Assembly (NCBI GenBank): GCA_965235115.1
Contig: OZ249441.1
Coordinates: 23,560,001-23,624,000 of the forward strand
Source: Laetmonice hystrix
Taxonomy: Eukaryota
Direction of reading: 5' to 3'
Length of the DNA stretch: 64,000 nt
A program made the translations under genes and the position numbers. The notes beneath the pieces were generated by a model. It made no database searches. It was not told where the DNA came from and was given only the letters and a program-made list of their open reading frames with translations. Position 1 is the stretch's first letter, and every line of letters begins with the position of its first letter. This document shows, in pieces, positions 1 through 14,500 of the stretch.

Positions 1-1471
1 CTTGCCAAGATGCCTCTCCGCAAACAATGACCTCTCTGTACCAACCAAAATATCAACCAATTGGGTGACAAATCATGAAATCCCTTTCACTGCATACTGA
101 CACTGCTACTCATGGAGCTAACCAAACATTGAATACGGTAATGTAGACTCCATTGATCATAACTGTACAAATACAGACGAGAATACCTGGACGACTGTTC
201 CAGAATTCATCCTTGCCGCTTAGTTAAGCATAAAGCAGCTACTTGCTATTCCCACCCGTTTTTCACCCGCTGCAAATACACACATATATATACAAACCAA
301 ATGACAACGGATGACCAGTCTTTGGCAACAACTTCTTAAAGCGGTCAGCCGACCCAAATATCAATACAAAGCCAGGATAAATATTGCCATATATTAAGAA
401 ATGTTTTGATCACATTAAGGTCAACCAGACGAGGTCCCCTCCCCCCTTTAATAAATACTGTTTGGAGTTGCATCCACTCTTAATTCAGGGTCAACTTCCT
501 AGAGGAACCCTTACGGGCCTATTTCTGTTAAATCGTTTTCTTCCAATTTTCTAACTTGACCTTTCGGGATAGTTAGCTTTCCAGATTCCAGTAATAAATA
601 TTCCCTAGCTGACGATAAGGGCCAACTGGTGAAGAACAGTTTAGTTCTTCATGTAATGAGTCAAACAGTAGCTAACCAATACGTATCCATCAAAATTTAC
701 TCAATCTCATAATTGTAAAATGACGTGGTTTTTAATCGTTTGGCTGCAATATCCTCTTATCATCAAATATTCACACACAAAAAGGATCCGAAATACCAGA
801 TACAAATGGAGACATGGAGTATGTGGTGCCCCCTTTCACAGTCATAGACTGGTCTCACGGCAGTCACAGACCAGTCAGACGGTACAGTCACACAGTGCAA
901 TCCCACAGACCAGAAACATGGCACAGTTGGTCAGGACCGGGGCACCACCGACCTTCACCGAACCACCCCCAACCACAAGCAGAACAAATTTTGACCTTTT
1001 CCAAAGGATTTTTGTCTTGTTTTCTTTTCTCCCTTTTTCTCTGCGTAATTTTCTTTTTCTTTGATTCTCTGAACCATGAACGCCCACAGTACCATTATTA
1101 CAAGATTACGAGTCAAGAGGTACCAGCACAATATCAACCAGTATCCTTGACATTGTCAAAGCTGACCGTCTAACTCGTACTGAAAGAGTCCAACACAAAA
1201 ACGTGTACTGACCTGATAGTCGTCGTCTCATCTCTCCGATCTCTCAGGGCACTTATTAGATACTTTATCTTACACCATCTGCTTCTCGGCTAGCTGATCA
1301 ACACAGGAGTTTTCTCCCTGGATTGAATCATCCAAATATGGAATGGCAATGTCTTTTTTTCTTTTTACATACATACATGTATGAGGTAATCCAAGCCCGA
1401 GATCTGGCGAGTTTGACCAGAACCATATTGTGCAAATACAAAGCGAATCTCTGAGAGACCAGAGACTGGCA

Positions 1472-1555
1472 GAGAAATGAGACTGCGACACTGTCACACA
1501 TGTTCAGTGAGATGAGAAATGAGACTGCGACACTGTCACACATGTTCAGTGAGAG
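1472..1555. repeat. 42-bp tandem duplication
   Basis: gagaaatgagactgcgacactgtcacacatgttcagtgagat occurs twice (1472-1513, 1514-1555). Confidence 0.9.
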
Positions 1556-2589
1556 GCCCGATGTCCTCCACTGTGCACCTGAGCAGCTATAGTCTGTGCT
1601 TCACACCACGGGATACGTTTCACGAAATATGGATGAAGGAACGGCCAACACTGACTGGTCCCCACCATGCCACATCGGCCCACAGTCTCAACCTCACACA
1701 TCCCGACATCCCGACAGGTCACTCAGCAGTCTATACAACGATAACTTGAGATCGTGTCCACTGTCTCGAGGTAGAAACTTCAGTAAGGTAAACCCCGGGT
1801 AGAAGGAGACCCCTTTTTTTGCTGTCATTTCTTGTTTGAAGGAGAAACTTCACTGGCAGCAAGCCTGACTGAAACTTTATTGACTTCAAGCTTGGCTTGA
1901 AGCAGAAGCTTCTATGGCATCAAGTCTGGCTTGCAACTCTGTGACATCAAGCTTGGCTTGATGCAGAAGCCAAGCTTCAGGCTTCTTTCTTTATTTTGCT
2001 TGAAGCCGTGTTGCACACAGAGACAACACAAGGTGGACATTTCTGGAGTACAATATGGCTGCTAACAAAGCGGTTTTTTTTAAACACCAGTACCGTATAT
2101 TATTATATATCTGTATGTATATATATACAAAGAATCACAACATGCAAAAGACTTTCCACCGAAACTGCCTGCAGTTTTAAACTGCTGAACCTGTCCATTG
2201 TGATCCAAGTTCCCCATGTTTGACACTGTCTCACACGTTACAGTGTAACCAGTAAAATATCCAGTGTTCAGTGGAAACAAGCTACAATGTTTACACCAAT
2301 AGCTTGCTAGCTATCTCTCCCCCTCAATACAACCGCAGTTGGAAGTTTATTCCTAGTGTGCGTCTGCAAGAATGTGTACTTTTTTTGTAATTTATTTTTA
2401 AACAGGTGCTCCTTGTGGCATACCTGTACATGAAAATCACATTGAATTTCGCTGGCGGAGAGTACATCTCCAACAGCAACCGTCTATACAATTTCACAAC
2501 TTATTCAATTTTATTGTATTTTTTTCGCAATATTTTTCATTTTGCTTTTTATAGCACCCTACACTAGCATCTGAATCCACACCTCAATG

Positions 2590-5500
2590 CTATTCTGGTG
2601 GAGCATCAGTCTGGGTACTTGCTGTTCGACGCACGCGGTGAATCGTTTGAGTCGCCGTTGATATTGTGCGTGGCACCGTCAGCCCCAACATTTGCATCAA
2701 GTTGCGCCTGATGGAGTTCGATTCCGTTCCATCACCTTCGACATTTCTGGACGACTTGTGGTCTTTCTCATCATCCCTGAAAAAAGTTGTGAGAAAATAA
2801 GAAAACGTAATGAAAATTTCATATCACTAACTTAAATATCTTTGTCAATTATGATAATAGCAGAGAAACATCTGAACACTACAATGAGCCTTACATAGCA
2901 TCAAGTATACACATTATAAGGGTAAAATTATATATAACAAAGCAGATCATGAGGAATTTATTGTTACTGACCCTGGCCGACAAATGTGAAGATCTCCCCG
3001 GTTTGTCCCATACACGACACCTTCGCCGACGTGTGGCAACCACCGCACTGAGTTGACGCTCACATGTGATGTACGTATGTCGATATCACAAGGGTGCATC
3101 AGATCACAAATGTGCTGGAAAAAGAAAGCCAATCCCTTTAATGTCGTACTTCATTTCTTGTATACAGGCCTTGCCCGTCACAACACGATGGCTACTATTG
3201 GTAACACTTGCAATTTCATACCTAACATGGAGTATAAAATAGCAAATATATATACTCTAAACTAATTATCACGAAGAGGACTTTAAATCGCAATAAGTCA
3301 GAACAATGAAACATGTAAGGTGAATTCAACAAATTTAAACAAAAAAAATCCGTCTGTAGTTCTTGGCAGTTTCTCTTCTTTAAGTATAGTTTACAACAAA
3401 AATAACGCTAGCCCACGGCCGACTTCAGATCGGTTGTTTTCCATTCATGCAGTGAGTGCTCCCGAGCTACCATCATTTGACTACCATTAATCAATACGAT
3501 TTTCTGAACCTCTACACTACACAACCTACCTCCATCGATTCTTCCCCTGCTTGTTCCTTCTTCAACTTGAACACCTGTGCAACCATCTGCAAAATAATGT
3601 TTTAACAGCACATTTAATAAAACCATATTTCAATAATACATTGTACATTCTCTTTAAAATCTGCAAATATTGTTAGGGTTAAAAAAAGTTTATTAATTGT
3701 ACTATCATCAGATAGAACCAAAAGGAATGTGTTACAACAAGTATTGTCCTTGGATGGATTATTTCTATCTGTATAAGAATACTTCACTGTCTTTAGGACA
3801 GTTCTTCATGACCTGACATCATGTTCTATAGCCGAAGGGGTTGAAAACACTAGCTGCCGTCTCACCTGTTTTGGAGTGAAAACCCATGCTAGTCTCTTGG
3901 CAGCCAAGCCAACCAGTACGTAGTTGTTCAGAGGTGATAGGCTAACCGAAATAGCATTCGGACCTGAAATACCAATTTTCAACTTTCTTGAACTCAAAAA
4001 AATCTTCAAATATTAAATTAAAACACAAAGCTACCCCAAAAATCTTAATATATGTCCCACACTTTATATTTTATACAATACAACTCTGAAAGTTCAGGGA
4101 AATCTAAACAAATGGTCCTATTACATCATTCTGTGAAATAATCTCTCAGTTCCTAGGGAGCTTACCAAAACTTTTTGTGTACAAGCACTGGCCGAGGGAC
4201 TCTGGGGCCAAGGAGAACACGCCCAGAATGGTGTCGTCTGGGAACCCTTGGTGGATTGGCACGAATGTGGCGAGAAGTCGACCGTCTTGTGAAATATCAC
4301 AGCTGGCGTCATTATGTAGTTTACAGTGTCCCACCACGATGTTGGAAGTCGCTGCAAAGAAAACAATATCATTTTATAGCAGTAACCACACCTGTGCCTT
4401 GATTTTCTTCTCTTTTTCCAATTACCTCACCACTGAAGTGGTTTACAGGTAACACTAGACGGATTTTCTAACTGAGCTATGCAGTGTTTTCATGACTTCC
4501 TTGTCCCAAACTATCTGATATGATAAGTTTGTAACATGTCCTAGCCCAGCTGTGGTGTGAGGCATGATGATGTCAATTACTTACAATCACTGACGTCAGG
4601 GATGACACAGCGACTGAAGTCCCACCCTTGGATGCGGTATGTCAAGTTGACAATGTTGTTTGCCACTGCTGCTTCCCCTGTTCCCATGAACGCACCTAGT
4701 CAGTAAGAAAGAAAAGCCTCAGCATCATAACATTCACATCTCTGAGAATGAATTATCTTCAAGCTAGTGGCTTAATTTTTATTGATACATTTTACTTAAA
4801 TAGGTAAACACATTATTTATTTCCCCCTCCCTTCACAGTAGTCAAAGTTGCGACTTGTTGCCACTTGGAGAATAACCATTTTGGCTGATTAACACTATAA
4901 CAGGGTGTTATCATTTTATCCCTACATACTGTCCCTGGCTGCTAAATTAAAAAGTCTGGTAGCACTCTGGCTATTGCTTTAATTCTGGGAACCTTGGCCT
5001 GCCTTACCTGCAATAGCACGGTTAATGGTGGCCTGAAGGCCATCGTTCTGCCTATTGATGGTATCATCCAGTATGCTCACAGCATAGTGGGGATGAAGAT
5101 GACGTCTCTGTAGGGTGTGCCAAGTACGGTCTCTCTCCCGCATTTGTTGTCTACGTCTTGCCAGCTCAGAACGCATGCTACACAGAGACAAATACAATTA
5201 TAGTGATACAGATCTCTGTAAATTTTTCATCTTCTTGGATTATATGGCCTGGAATCTATCAAGGTTAAATTCTGGGATTTTCAAGGATTTCTACAAGCAA
5301 CTGGAACTCTGTGCCAGTTGAACAAAATATAAACAAATGCTTATGTCATGTCCAAGAGTAAAGCTGAGTTTACCTTTGAACACTTCGCCGTTCATCCACC
5401 TGTAGAAGTCTCTCGTCATGGTTCAATGTCTCCTGGAGTCCCCGTAACTCGGCCTCGGCGGCCGACACAGCCAGCGACCCCTCACTGGGGTCGTTGGCCT

Positions 5501-8500
5501 GAGTGATGGTAATCTCTGGGATGACCCGAGGAGGACGCCGACTCCGGCTCCTCCTCCGCAACTCGTCCATGTGGGCTCGTAGCCGGTCCTGTCGTTCCCG
5601 CAGCCTCTCTGACATGGACATGTAATGAGGGGCCGAGATGCGACTACGGACCCTACTCAGGTCCCTCCTCCGCTCCTCATTCAAGGCCCTCATTCGTTCA
5701 CTGAGTCTTTGCGTTATTTCAGATACATTACGTTCTAGTTCATTAAGATGTTCGATTCTTCGATTTAGTTCTGCCGACAGTGTGTTCACTGTTGTAGACC
5801 CCTGCGTTGTCAGGGGAGGTGGCACACTTAAAGCATCTAGGTTTGGTAAGGTCACCTGACTACTACTGGAACCCACGGGGGCCACAGCTGGGTCCCTCTC
5901 TGATAGGTCAGAGAGCTCATCGTGGTCTACAGCATCTAGAAGGGGAGGAGGCGGCAGGTCCTCCTCCTCGTCCTCCCCCTCCTCCACTGGAGGACCCTCC
6001 TCTATGGCCGGCTGGCTATTCCTGGCATGATCTGAACTCCGGCTGCCTGTCACCACCATGACCGGTCCTGTCTCACACTCCGTCTCAGTCTGGAGCTGGT
6101 CAAGGGCGTGCAGAGTTTCTCGGATATCCAGCTGACGTGCCCTGACCCGCTCGATGGCCTGCCGTACCTCAGACTCCAGAAAGGCGGCCAGCCGATGTGT
6201 CTCCTGTTGTCTTCTTCTGCAGCCTGGATTTAGACATACACATTGATAACATTTGCAACTCTTTTCATCAGGTAAATCTAACCCCAGTGTAACAATTATT
6301 ACTATTCTAACCTGTTCCACTGTTATTTCTAGAGAAACTTAATTCTTAAAATTCAAATACACTTAAATCTAATCCAACTACAACTATTATTAGTATGCTT
6401 GCAAGCTCACTCTGCCGCTGTTTCTGGATATCAATTTCAAAGGTTAAAGACCTAAGAGTAGATATGCTGTCATGATAATAGTGAAAGTTGTACCTGACGA
6501 TCCACGTGCTGCAGCCCTGGTGAGACGACTTGATGGAGTAGAGTTTGTATTATACGAAGCTGAGCTGGCGCTGTAGGAAGCTGAGCCAGCATTGAGAGCA
6601 GCCGAGCTGGAGCTGTGAGAAGCAGCAGCACTGAGTGGTGCTGGTGGGGGTACTGGCTGTGGGGTATGTACATGGTGGTGGTGGTGGTGGTTGCGGTGTC
6701 CATGTCCACCAGAGGACGCCCCCTGGTGATGGCCACACACAATACACTGGCCCAAGTCGTTTGACGAGTTGGCACCGGACGTGGATGGCAACAGACTGGT
6801 GAATGCTGACTGTGAGGGTTCGGCCGAGGCGCTGGTTGAAGGATGCCCATGTTGTTCTCGCCCAGAGGAACTTCGTCTTGATGAGGAGTTGTATGTTGAC
6901 CTTTCCTGTGTGTGCTGATTTGGTCTCCAACCAGTGAAAGAGAAAGGGGATACCGATGATGGATGAGCGGACGATGCTGATGCTGACGACAAGGATGTTG
7001 AAAATGATGCCGTGGATGTTGCCGTCATTCTAACGGAGTCGGGCATTCCCAGGTAGGTCAGCTGAGAGCGCAGCAGGGATGGGTGATGCCCTCCTGCTGA
7101 CCCGGGACCTGGGCCCCAGCTCCCGCTGCGGGAGAGCCTGGACCGAAGGATGGAGGTGAACGCCCCTGTACTTGTCGAAGGGACGGTCTGAGATTGCGTC
7201 ACCGGTGGGGCGATGTTGCTGGTCTGCGTGGAGGACGCGCTCGACACCGGATAGACGTGGCCGTGGCTCATCTGGGCAGAGGTGATGAGGCTGCCTAGGA
7301 TAGTCTCCTGTGAGCCACCAGAGGCACCACGCTCCCTCTGGCGTGGAGTGTCTGTTGGCAGACTTCCCCCAAGGCTGCTCCCGGTAGGGATGTTGAGCTG
7401 GGTGTGGAGTAGGTTCCCTAGGGGTTGGTCGGACAGAGAGCTATGTCTGGGAGGTGGTACGGGTGCAGGAGGGTGATTGGGTGTGGGAGCCTCCACGGCT
7501 GCCAGGTGGTACATGGAGTTAGACCCGGACAGTCCTGCTATTCTGAAGAAACCAGAGCTGAGGCTTTGCGTCGATGGCATGCTGGTGTAGAGACTACTGG
7601 CCGGTAGGCGGCCGGATGAGAGCCTTGAAAGTGGCGCATCCCCGAGGTGACTGTTCATGTAGTGAGTGTCTCCGCTGCCTGGGTCTATGTTATCCTCTGA
7701 TGCATGCTCATTGCGCACCCTGACAACCTCCCGCTCGACATCATCATGGTCCCCAGAGAGACTGGCAGCTGTGATGTGGGCAGCGTACCGGCGCGCCCCA
7801 TCCAAGGCCTGCGATTGACGTGTGACGTCACTGGCATACTGACGTGCCTCCTCTACAGCCTCCAGGTGGGCAGGTGACTGTGGGTGGACGATGTCAAGGT
7901 CGGCGTGATGGGGACCACTAAAGGTCATACCTGGAGGTCATCAAATCAACCCACTTATCAAACTATGTCACCTTAACAAATACATTTGGACTAGAACACT
8001 TAGAACAATATCTCACTTTAGAAATTTGGAGATGCCTCCATCTCCAAGAACCTTCCAGAACTTCCTTTTTTTTCAAACATTTTATACATCTCAAAATCTC
8101 GAATTATCTGAACCAAGACTGGCATTAACTGGAAAGAAAGTAAGGATGGAACTGTTACTGACCTGCTATATGACTGGTGGAAGGAATGGGATGGTCGTCC
8201 CTTGTAACATCTTGTAGTACCTCCGCAGGCACTGCCGCAGCCATTGGATACCCCCCATATGCCCCTCCTTGGGGCTGGGGCCCCCCACGGTCCCGCTGGT
8301 GTGTGGTGATCTGCTGGACCAGTGTGCGGTATCGGTCACGGAGTCGTTGACGTTCCTCAAAGTTGTAGAGCTCAGCGGGTCCATTGATGTAGCTCACCTG
8401 TCCCTGGTTCGCCTCTTCCGGCGGTACCGAGCTCCCGTTGAGGATTCCTGTGTAGAGGTGGTGACCCCAGCGGTCAAACTTCACCCACCTGGATGAGGTC

Positions 8501-11500
8501 AAGGTCGGTGGAGAGGTCAGTGAGGGTTTACATTGTGAGGACAACTATGGTGGAGAACTCCAGAGCCCTTAAATCTCAATTTTGAGTTGGCCCAAGAAAG
8601 TAATTTGAATTGGGGCTGTAGCTAAAAATAATTATGGTTATCATCTACCTATTTATGATAAGGATGATGAGAGTAAAAACACAAAACACAAAAATCTCAC
8701 CTGATTCGCTCGTACTCTGAGGCAGTCTTACACCTGACGAAGGGCTCCTGCCTCGTCCAGTCCCAGAAGATTAACTCGTTGTTTGTGGCGATGACAAGGA
8801 CCTGGTCGATTGGGTGAAAGGTCACTGACCCAATAGGAGCTTCTTGGTCCAGCTTCCACTTCTCACTTCCTCCGCCCTGGAGAGAGACTCAAGGATCAGC
8901 ACAGATTCTCTCATCCCACCCACCCTTTCTCTGTGTCTATCTCCCTCAGATACCAAATTATCAATCCTATTCGCCCTTCATCAAAATATCAAAAATTGAC
9001 TTATATTAAATATCAATACTCTTAAGTCAAATATATATATTAAATTATTCTGAACATAAATCAGGGCCCCTTAAAATTCTTAAATATATTTATAAAATTG
9101 ATTAATCATTTTTTTCTCTGTTGGCAGAATCCTACACTACATATTGCCCTACCAAAACTCAACCAATCAGAAAGTTTGGACATACTCGTAAGTCCCAGAT
9201 CCGCACTTCGCCTGCCAGGCAACCCGAGGCGAGTATGTCGTTAGATGATGGATGAAAGGCCACGCACCATGGTGTGCGGGAATGGCCCGTTAGGATGTGG
9301 CTACATTTACCGCTCTGTACATCCGTTACCCTGACTGTGTGGTCACCATGCGTTGAAGCAATCTTGGTCCTAAAACACATCCACAAAACAACATATCAAG
9401 CCAAAACCTCCTACACTCATTTCTACCAAATTATTTCTATGATTAAATGGAGATTAAATGGGTTCTACAACTTTTTTTAGGTCTAAAGTAAAAGAAAAAC
9501 TGTATTTATACCATTCATGAGGAATAAGACATAATGATTCCCCAAACTGTACAACATGCAACCAAAGCTATTAAGAGACCTCTCCTACAGGTGTGATGAC
9601 AGTGTTCAACAACATGCAAGGTGTTGAAATACTTGACACACTTTCTGCCACCGGATGTGCAGAGAGCGCGCCCCCCCCCCCCCAAAAAAAGTACCGGTAC
9701 TATTAGTACTATTTAATAGGTTTATCGGCCTTTTATACAGATGCTTTTTACAATAAGGTTCTTGGCTGTAACCCGCAGTTATCAGGGCAAACACAATGTG
9801 TGTCATTAGATCTATCAACACTGGCCCCAGATGTTGAGCATTGTGGCAATTCACTGGAACGATGATCAGCGCCGACTTTTTAATCTTTGTATGTAAGTTG
9901 GATCCATCACACAAAAGACTATCCGGTTACATAGACTGGCGCTGAATGGCTCTGGCTAGACTGCATACACAATCTAATTTATAATGGCGTCTGACAAATG
10001 TGAGCACCTGTTCTCTGAGAGCCAGCCAACTGCTAAAAACTGACAAGTCAGCACACCGATCAGCCCAGACTCATGACATCGTCACGTTAGGGCGTCTGTG
10101 GATGACCCATATTATATAAGTATCTAGAAGAGCTGGGACTGAAAACTGGCCAAGATACAAACAGCTCTGTTTCGGGGGTTTCCCCCTTTGAATATTGCAG
10201 GTCCGGAAAAGGAATTCATGTTTTCTCTTACAGAGATATTGAGCCATTGTTCCTATAAAAAATATTATTTGCCGGGGGTTAGTAGGCTGGTGATGAGAAG
10301 AGTATTCCACCTTCATCCATCAGACCACAGTCTGGATCTCTCAGTCAGTTTCCAATATTACGTGTCAGGTATTAGTAATAGTAGGCTGGTGATGAGAAGA
10401 GTATTCCACCTTCATCCATCAGACCACAGTCTGGATCTCTCAGTCAGTTTCCAATATTACGTGTCAGGTATTAAATGGTAGGCTGGTGATGAGAAGAGTA
10501 TTCCACCTTCATCCATCAGACCACAGTCTATAATATTATAGATCTCTCAGTCAGTTTCCAATATTACGTGTCAGGTATTAAATGGTAGGCTGGTGATGAG
10601 AAGAGTATTCCACCTTCATCCATCAGACCACAGTCTATAATATTATAGATCTCTCAGTCAGTTTCCAATATTACGTGTCAGGTATTAAATGGTAGGCTGG
10701 TGATGAGAAGAGTATTCCACCTTCATCCATCAGACCACAGTCTGGATCTCTCAGTCAGTTTCCAATATTACGTGTCAGGTATTAAATGGTAGGCTGGTGA
10801 TGAGAAGAGTATTCCACCTTCATCCATCAGACCACAGTCTATAATATTATAGATCTCTCAGTCAGTTTCCAAAATTATGTGTCAGGTATTTAGTAGGCTG
10901 GTGATGGGAAGATTATTCCACCTGAATCCATCAGACCACAGTCTGGATCTCTCAGTTTCCAATATTACGTGTCAGGTATTAGTAATGGTAGGCTGGTGAT
11001 GGGAAGAGTATTCCACCTTCATCCATCAGACCACAGTCTGACCTATATCCGACCGTAGCGGGGACGATAGGCTTGGTCCTGGAACTCTTCCATGCAGTAA
11101 TTATGACATCAAGTCAAATGTAGAATAATATAAATCAAAAACTCTGAAGCAGTCCATCCAGTGAGGATCACATACTGTTGACCTCACCACAATGACACTT
11201 AGTTAGTTACATCATCCCGGAAGTGGACCTCGGTCACACCACATATTTCCCCAGGATCCACATGGCGCACTAATAAATTAATTGTCTTGTTCTGTCCGCT
11301 CCCTGAGCCTGACCCCATCGGTTTGATGGACAATGATGACTGTATGCTAATCTTGTTAAACATAGCATGGCAGGCACTGAAATCCACTGCCGCTTCCCAT
11401 ACCCACTGCCATCTGAGGTCAGATCGGACATCTTCATCAATTAATGACTAATCAGGAGGTCCTGGCTGCTAATGACTTAACACATGGCAGGACATGGGCG

Positions 11501-14500
11501 TACACACAACTGGACAATATGCCGCCTATATCTATAACCCACTTATCTGGGCGCAGTCAGAAATCCTGACAGGTCCCCCCCCCCCTCCCCAAAAAAAATC
11601 AATCTCCGAAACATCACCCGAGACTGCTTCTTATGGCACAAAATGCAAACAGTGTGTGGACCCAATATGCGTGCTGTCAAGGCATTCTTACATCTTTGAC
11701 AATCAGCTTCAAAACCGCTAGGGCAGCCAGTTCTGACTTTCTTTAATTCGAGATTATCTCATGAGGAACCACACAACGCCGAAACTGACAAAATACATGT
11801 ACACAAGGTACTATAATGTTTGTTCGGATATGAAGAATGTGCAAGCTAGTGAAAGCTTATATGTGGCCTTAATGGAAATGCCACAAAAGCAATTAAAATG
11901 TCACTATTTTTATTGAACTACAATTGCTTTAACTGTGCAAAATCAAAACCCTTATTATAACTCTATTACCCTATTAAATCCTTGCCCTGCATCCATCTGG
12001 CTGACAGTGACTACCGATTGTCACAGCTGTAGACAGATGCCCTTTGCATGAGCCACTGGATGTCAAGATAACCTTTTCACCCCATTCCCTGAGAGACAGA
12101 CACGCACCATTAAACCAATTCAATTGGTGCCCCCTCTCTCATGTTCACCTAAGACCCCCCCCCCCCCCCCCCCCCCCCCCAGCCTCACATACGTCCTCAT
12201 CCCCTGGCCATCCGGAGACCATCCTCCAAACCTCCATCATTTCCCTGAGTGTCTCAGGATCGCGTGTACTTCATCTCCACTCGTGAAGGAGGAGCCTGAG
12301 ATTCAATGATCTCTTCAAACGGCATTCAACCCGATCATCCCGTGGTTTTAATCCTGGCACGCCTAACAAAGGGCCAGGCTAATGAAGGAAAGTGGATCAG
12401 GATGGGCCAGCATAAACACTCCCCTCTCCAGTCTCCACTGACCGGAAAATACGTCGACCCGTAGTACTGTGCTAGGGGTTAGCAAGCCCCTGGCGGCATG
12501 CCACTTCATCATACTGGAGGGGTTACTCATCTCTTCTGACAAATCTGCAGACTCCCAAACACTTGATGTTAGCTGACACAATCTTTGTACGGAGTCTGGA
12601 AGAGAGACACAGATAACCCAAACTGGATCACTAATACTAGTTACGGGATCACTGGATCACTGATAGGCACCGCCGGGACGCCGCTGTGTATGGGTGGAGG
12701 TGGGGGTGTTTGACCTCCCCCACATTATATAATACCTTCATGTGAGTACTATGACGTCATGATACTATCCAGTGGATGGTAACAAACTGCCGACTGTGAC
12801 ATCTCCTGTCACGGTGAGGAGACAAGCTGTTGGAGGTGGCCTGTTGATTGTGACAGGCGTGTCACTCGGAATGACAGTATGACTTGATGGTCCCGTTTCA
12901 TCACACATTAGACAGAGTATCCGTCTCTGTACTACTACGGTAATCACACATCTGTTATTGTGACAGCGGACTAGACAGTATTATGGAAGGTACCCACCGT
13001 CCCAGACATTACATTACCCCAAACACCCCCACATCCCCACACCTCACCCCCAATGTGGCCACAATACAACCTATAAACCTGACACTTCCCAAACACCCTC
13101 CCATCCATCTAGTATTTGCGACCCTGTTATTTTCTAACACTTTAACAGCTCAAGTATACCATTTTTTCCACTAGTTTGTCCTGCGGCGAGTTTGGACTAA
13201 CACCCTGGACCCTGAGGATATCATTACATCGGGCGGCCTGTCCTCACCCGTTAACCCTATCACCCCGGTCCCCCTACCCCTATCATGGTTCAGGGGTCCC
13301 TCAATGAGCGGGTTCAGGAGTTCACTGACATGATTTATACTGAGGCGGTGACGGACACAGGGTCAGGTAGGGAGGATTGTATCGCCTGGCATGATCTGGA
13401 TGGAATGTATTTAGTTACACAAACTACTAGTTACCGGTGGGTTGGTATCAATAGGTGACTGTAGAACTTCACCATTGGACTACAATACTGCCACAGATAC
13501 CAGAATGCCCTAACTTTCTTTTACTGTTTAAAAGTCCACCCAGCACTGGTAATAGAGTCACATGGATACTCGGCATGACTGACGATAATAATTAAATATC
13601 ATGTAGCCATTCTGACCTAGATATTACATCTCAACTCATTGTCTTCAAGTTCATGAGAACCATTGCCCGGATGTCCATATACTTGAATCATCTTACAATG
13701 ATCCTGCACTCATTATAATACTGCCTTTACTTTCTCTACAGAATCACTCCCACTATCTTTTTTATTTACTTACAATGTCACGTTGTTTAGAATTAGATGC
13801 TGTCAAATTGATATTCATAATCAGTGTTTGCTCTCAACTTTTTCAGCTGTCAGCCGTCCGGATCATTCACAAGTCACTAAATCGCCTTGGAACAAGTAGC
13901 TTTTACATGTAGTGCCGCACTAGTGGTGCCATTAGTTAACTAGATGAGAATTTCAATTCAAATCGGACCATAAGGTCATTTTGTTTGCTGATTGTATTCA
14001 TCCAGACATGTGACCGGACCCACTCACCGGCTCTCTGACCGTCTACTGTGAAAACCTTCTGTAACTGTAAGTGTAACCATAATAACCAAGCTTTCAGCAA
14101 AATCACGAAAATGCCAGGTATTATATGTTCCGGTCCTTCATCTAGGTTTTCTAATCTGCTCCTCTGTTAGACGTTATGTGGATGTCATGTGAGACTCTGC
14201 CTTCACACCCCACACTGTCTCTAGAGACAGTGACGTTCACTAATGGCCATGACAGTTTAATTTACACTCTCTCTCATCATTAATTAGTATTGCTTGGATT
14301 CTTTCCTTGCCGCTGACAGACTCAACTGCCAAGACGCAGAGCTCTCTTACATTTACCTGAACTTGGTTTTTTTTTAGAATGTATGCACAGTGCCCAGTCA
14401 GAAATGCGCCTAAGGTGTGACACCTGCATCTGTTCCCAGGCACTCTCCAGGACCAGGGCGTTTTGTTAATGACAATTCCTGGATTCCTGGAAATGGTGTG

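Noticed and set aside
8392-8398. Strong internal donor CAG|GTGAGC within AMBRA1 exon 5
   Set aside because: It is phase 0 while the next exon needs phase 1, so use would frameshift; the open frame continues cleanly to the donor at 8163.
5638-8496. Short ORFs in alternative frames or antisense to AMBRA1, DHX33, RSPH3 and LINE coding sequence listed in the ORF track
   Set aside because: Shadow ORFs of GC-richer coding exons with no independent signals.
12155-12180. Long C/G homopolymers (26 C here; others near 35218, 45881, 48550, 49787, 55870) as a functional G-quadruplex system
   Set aside because: Several sit inside recognisable dispersed repeat ends, and run lengths are unreliable in assemblies.
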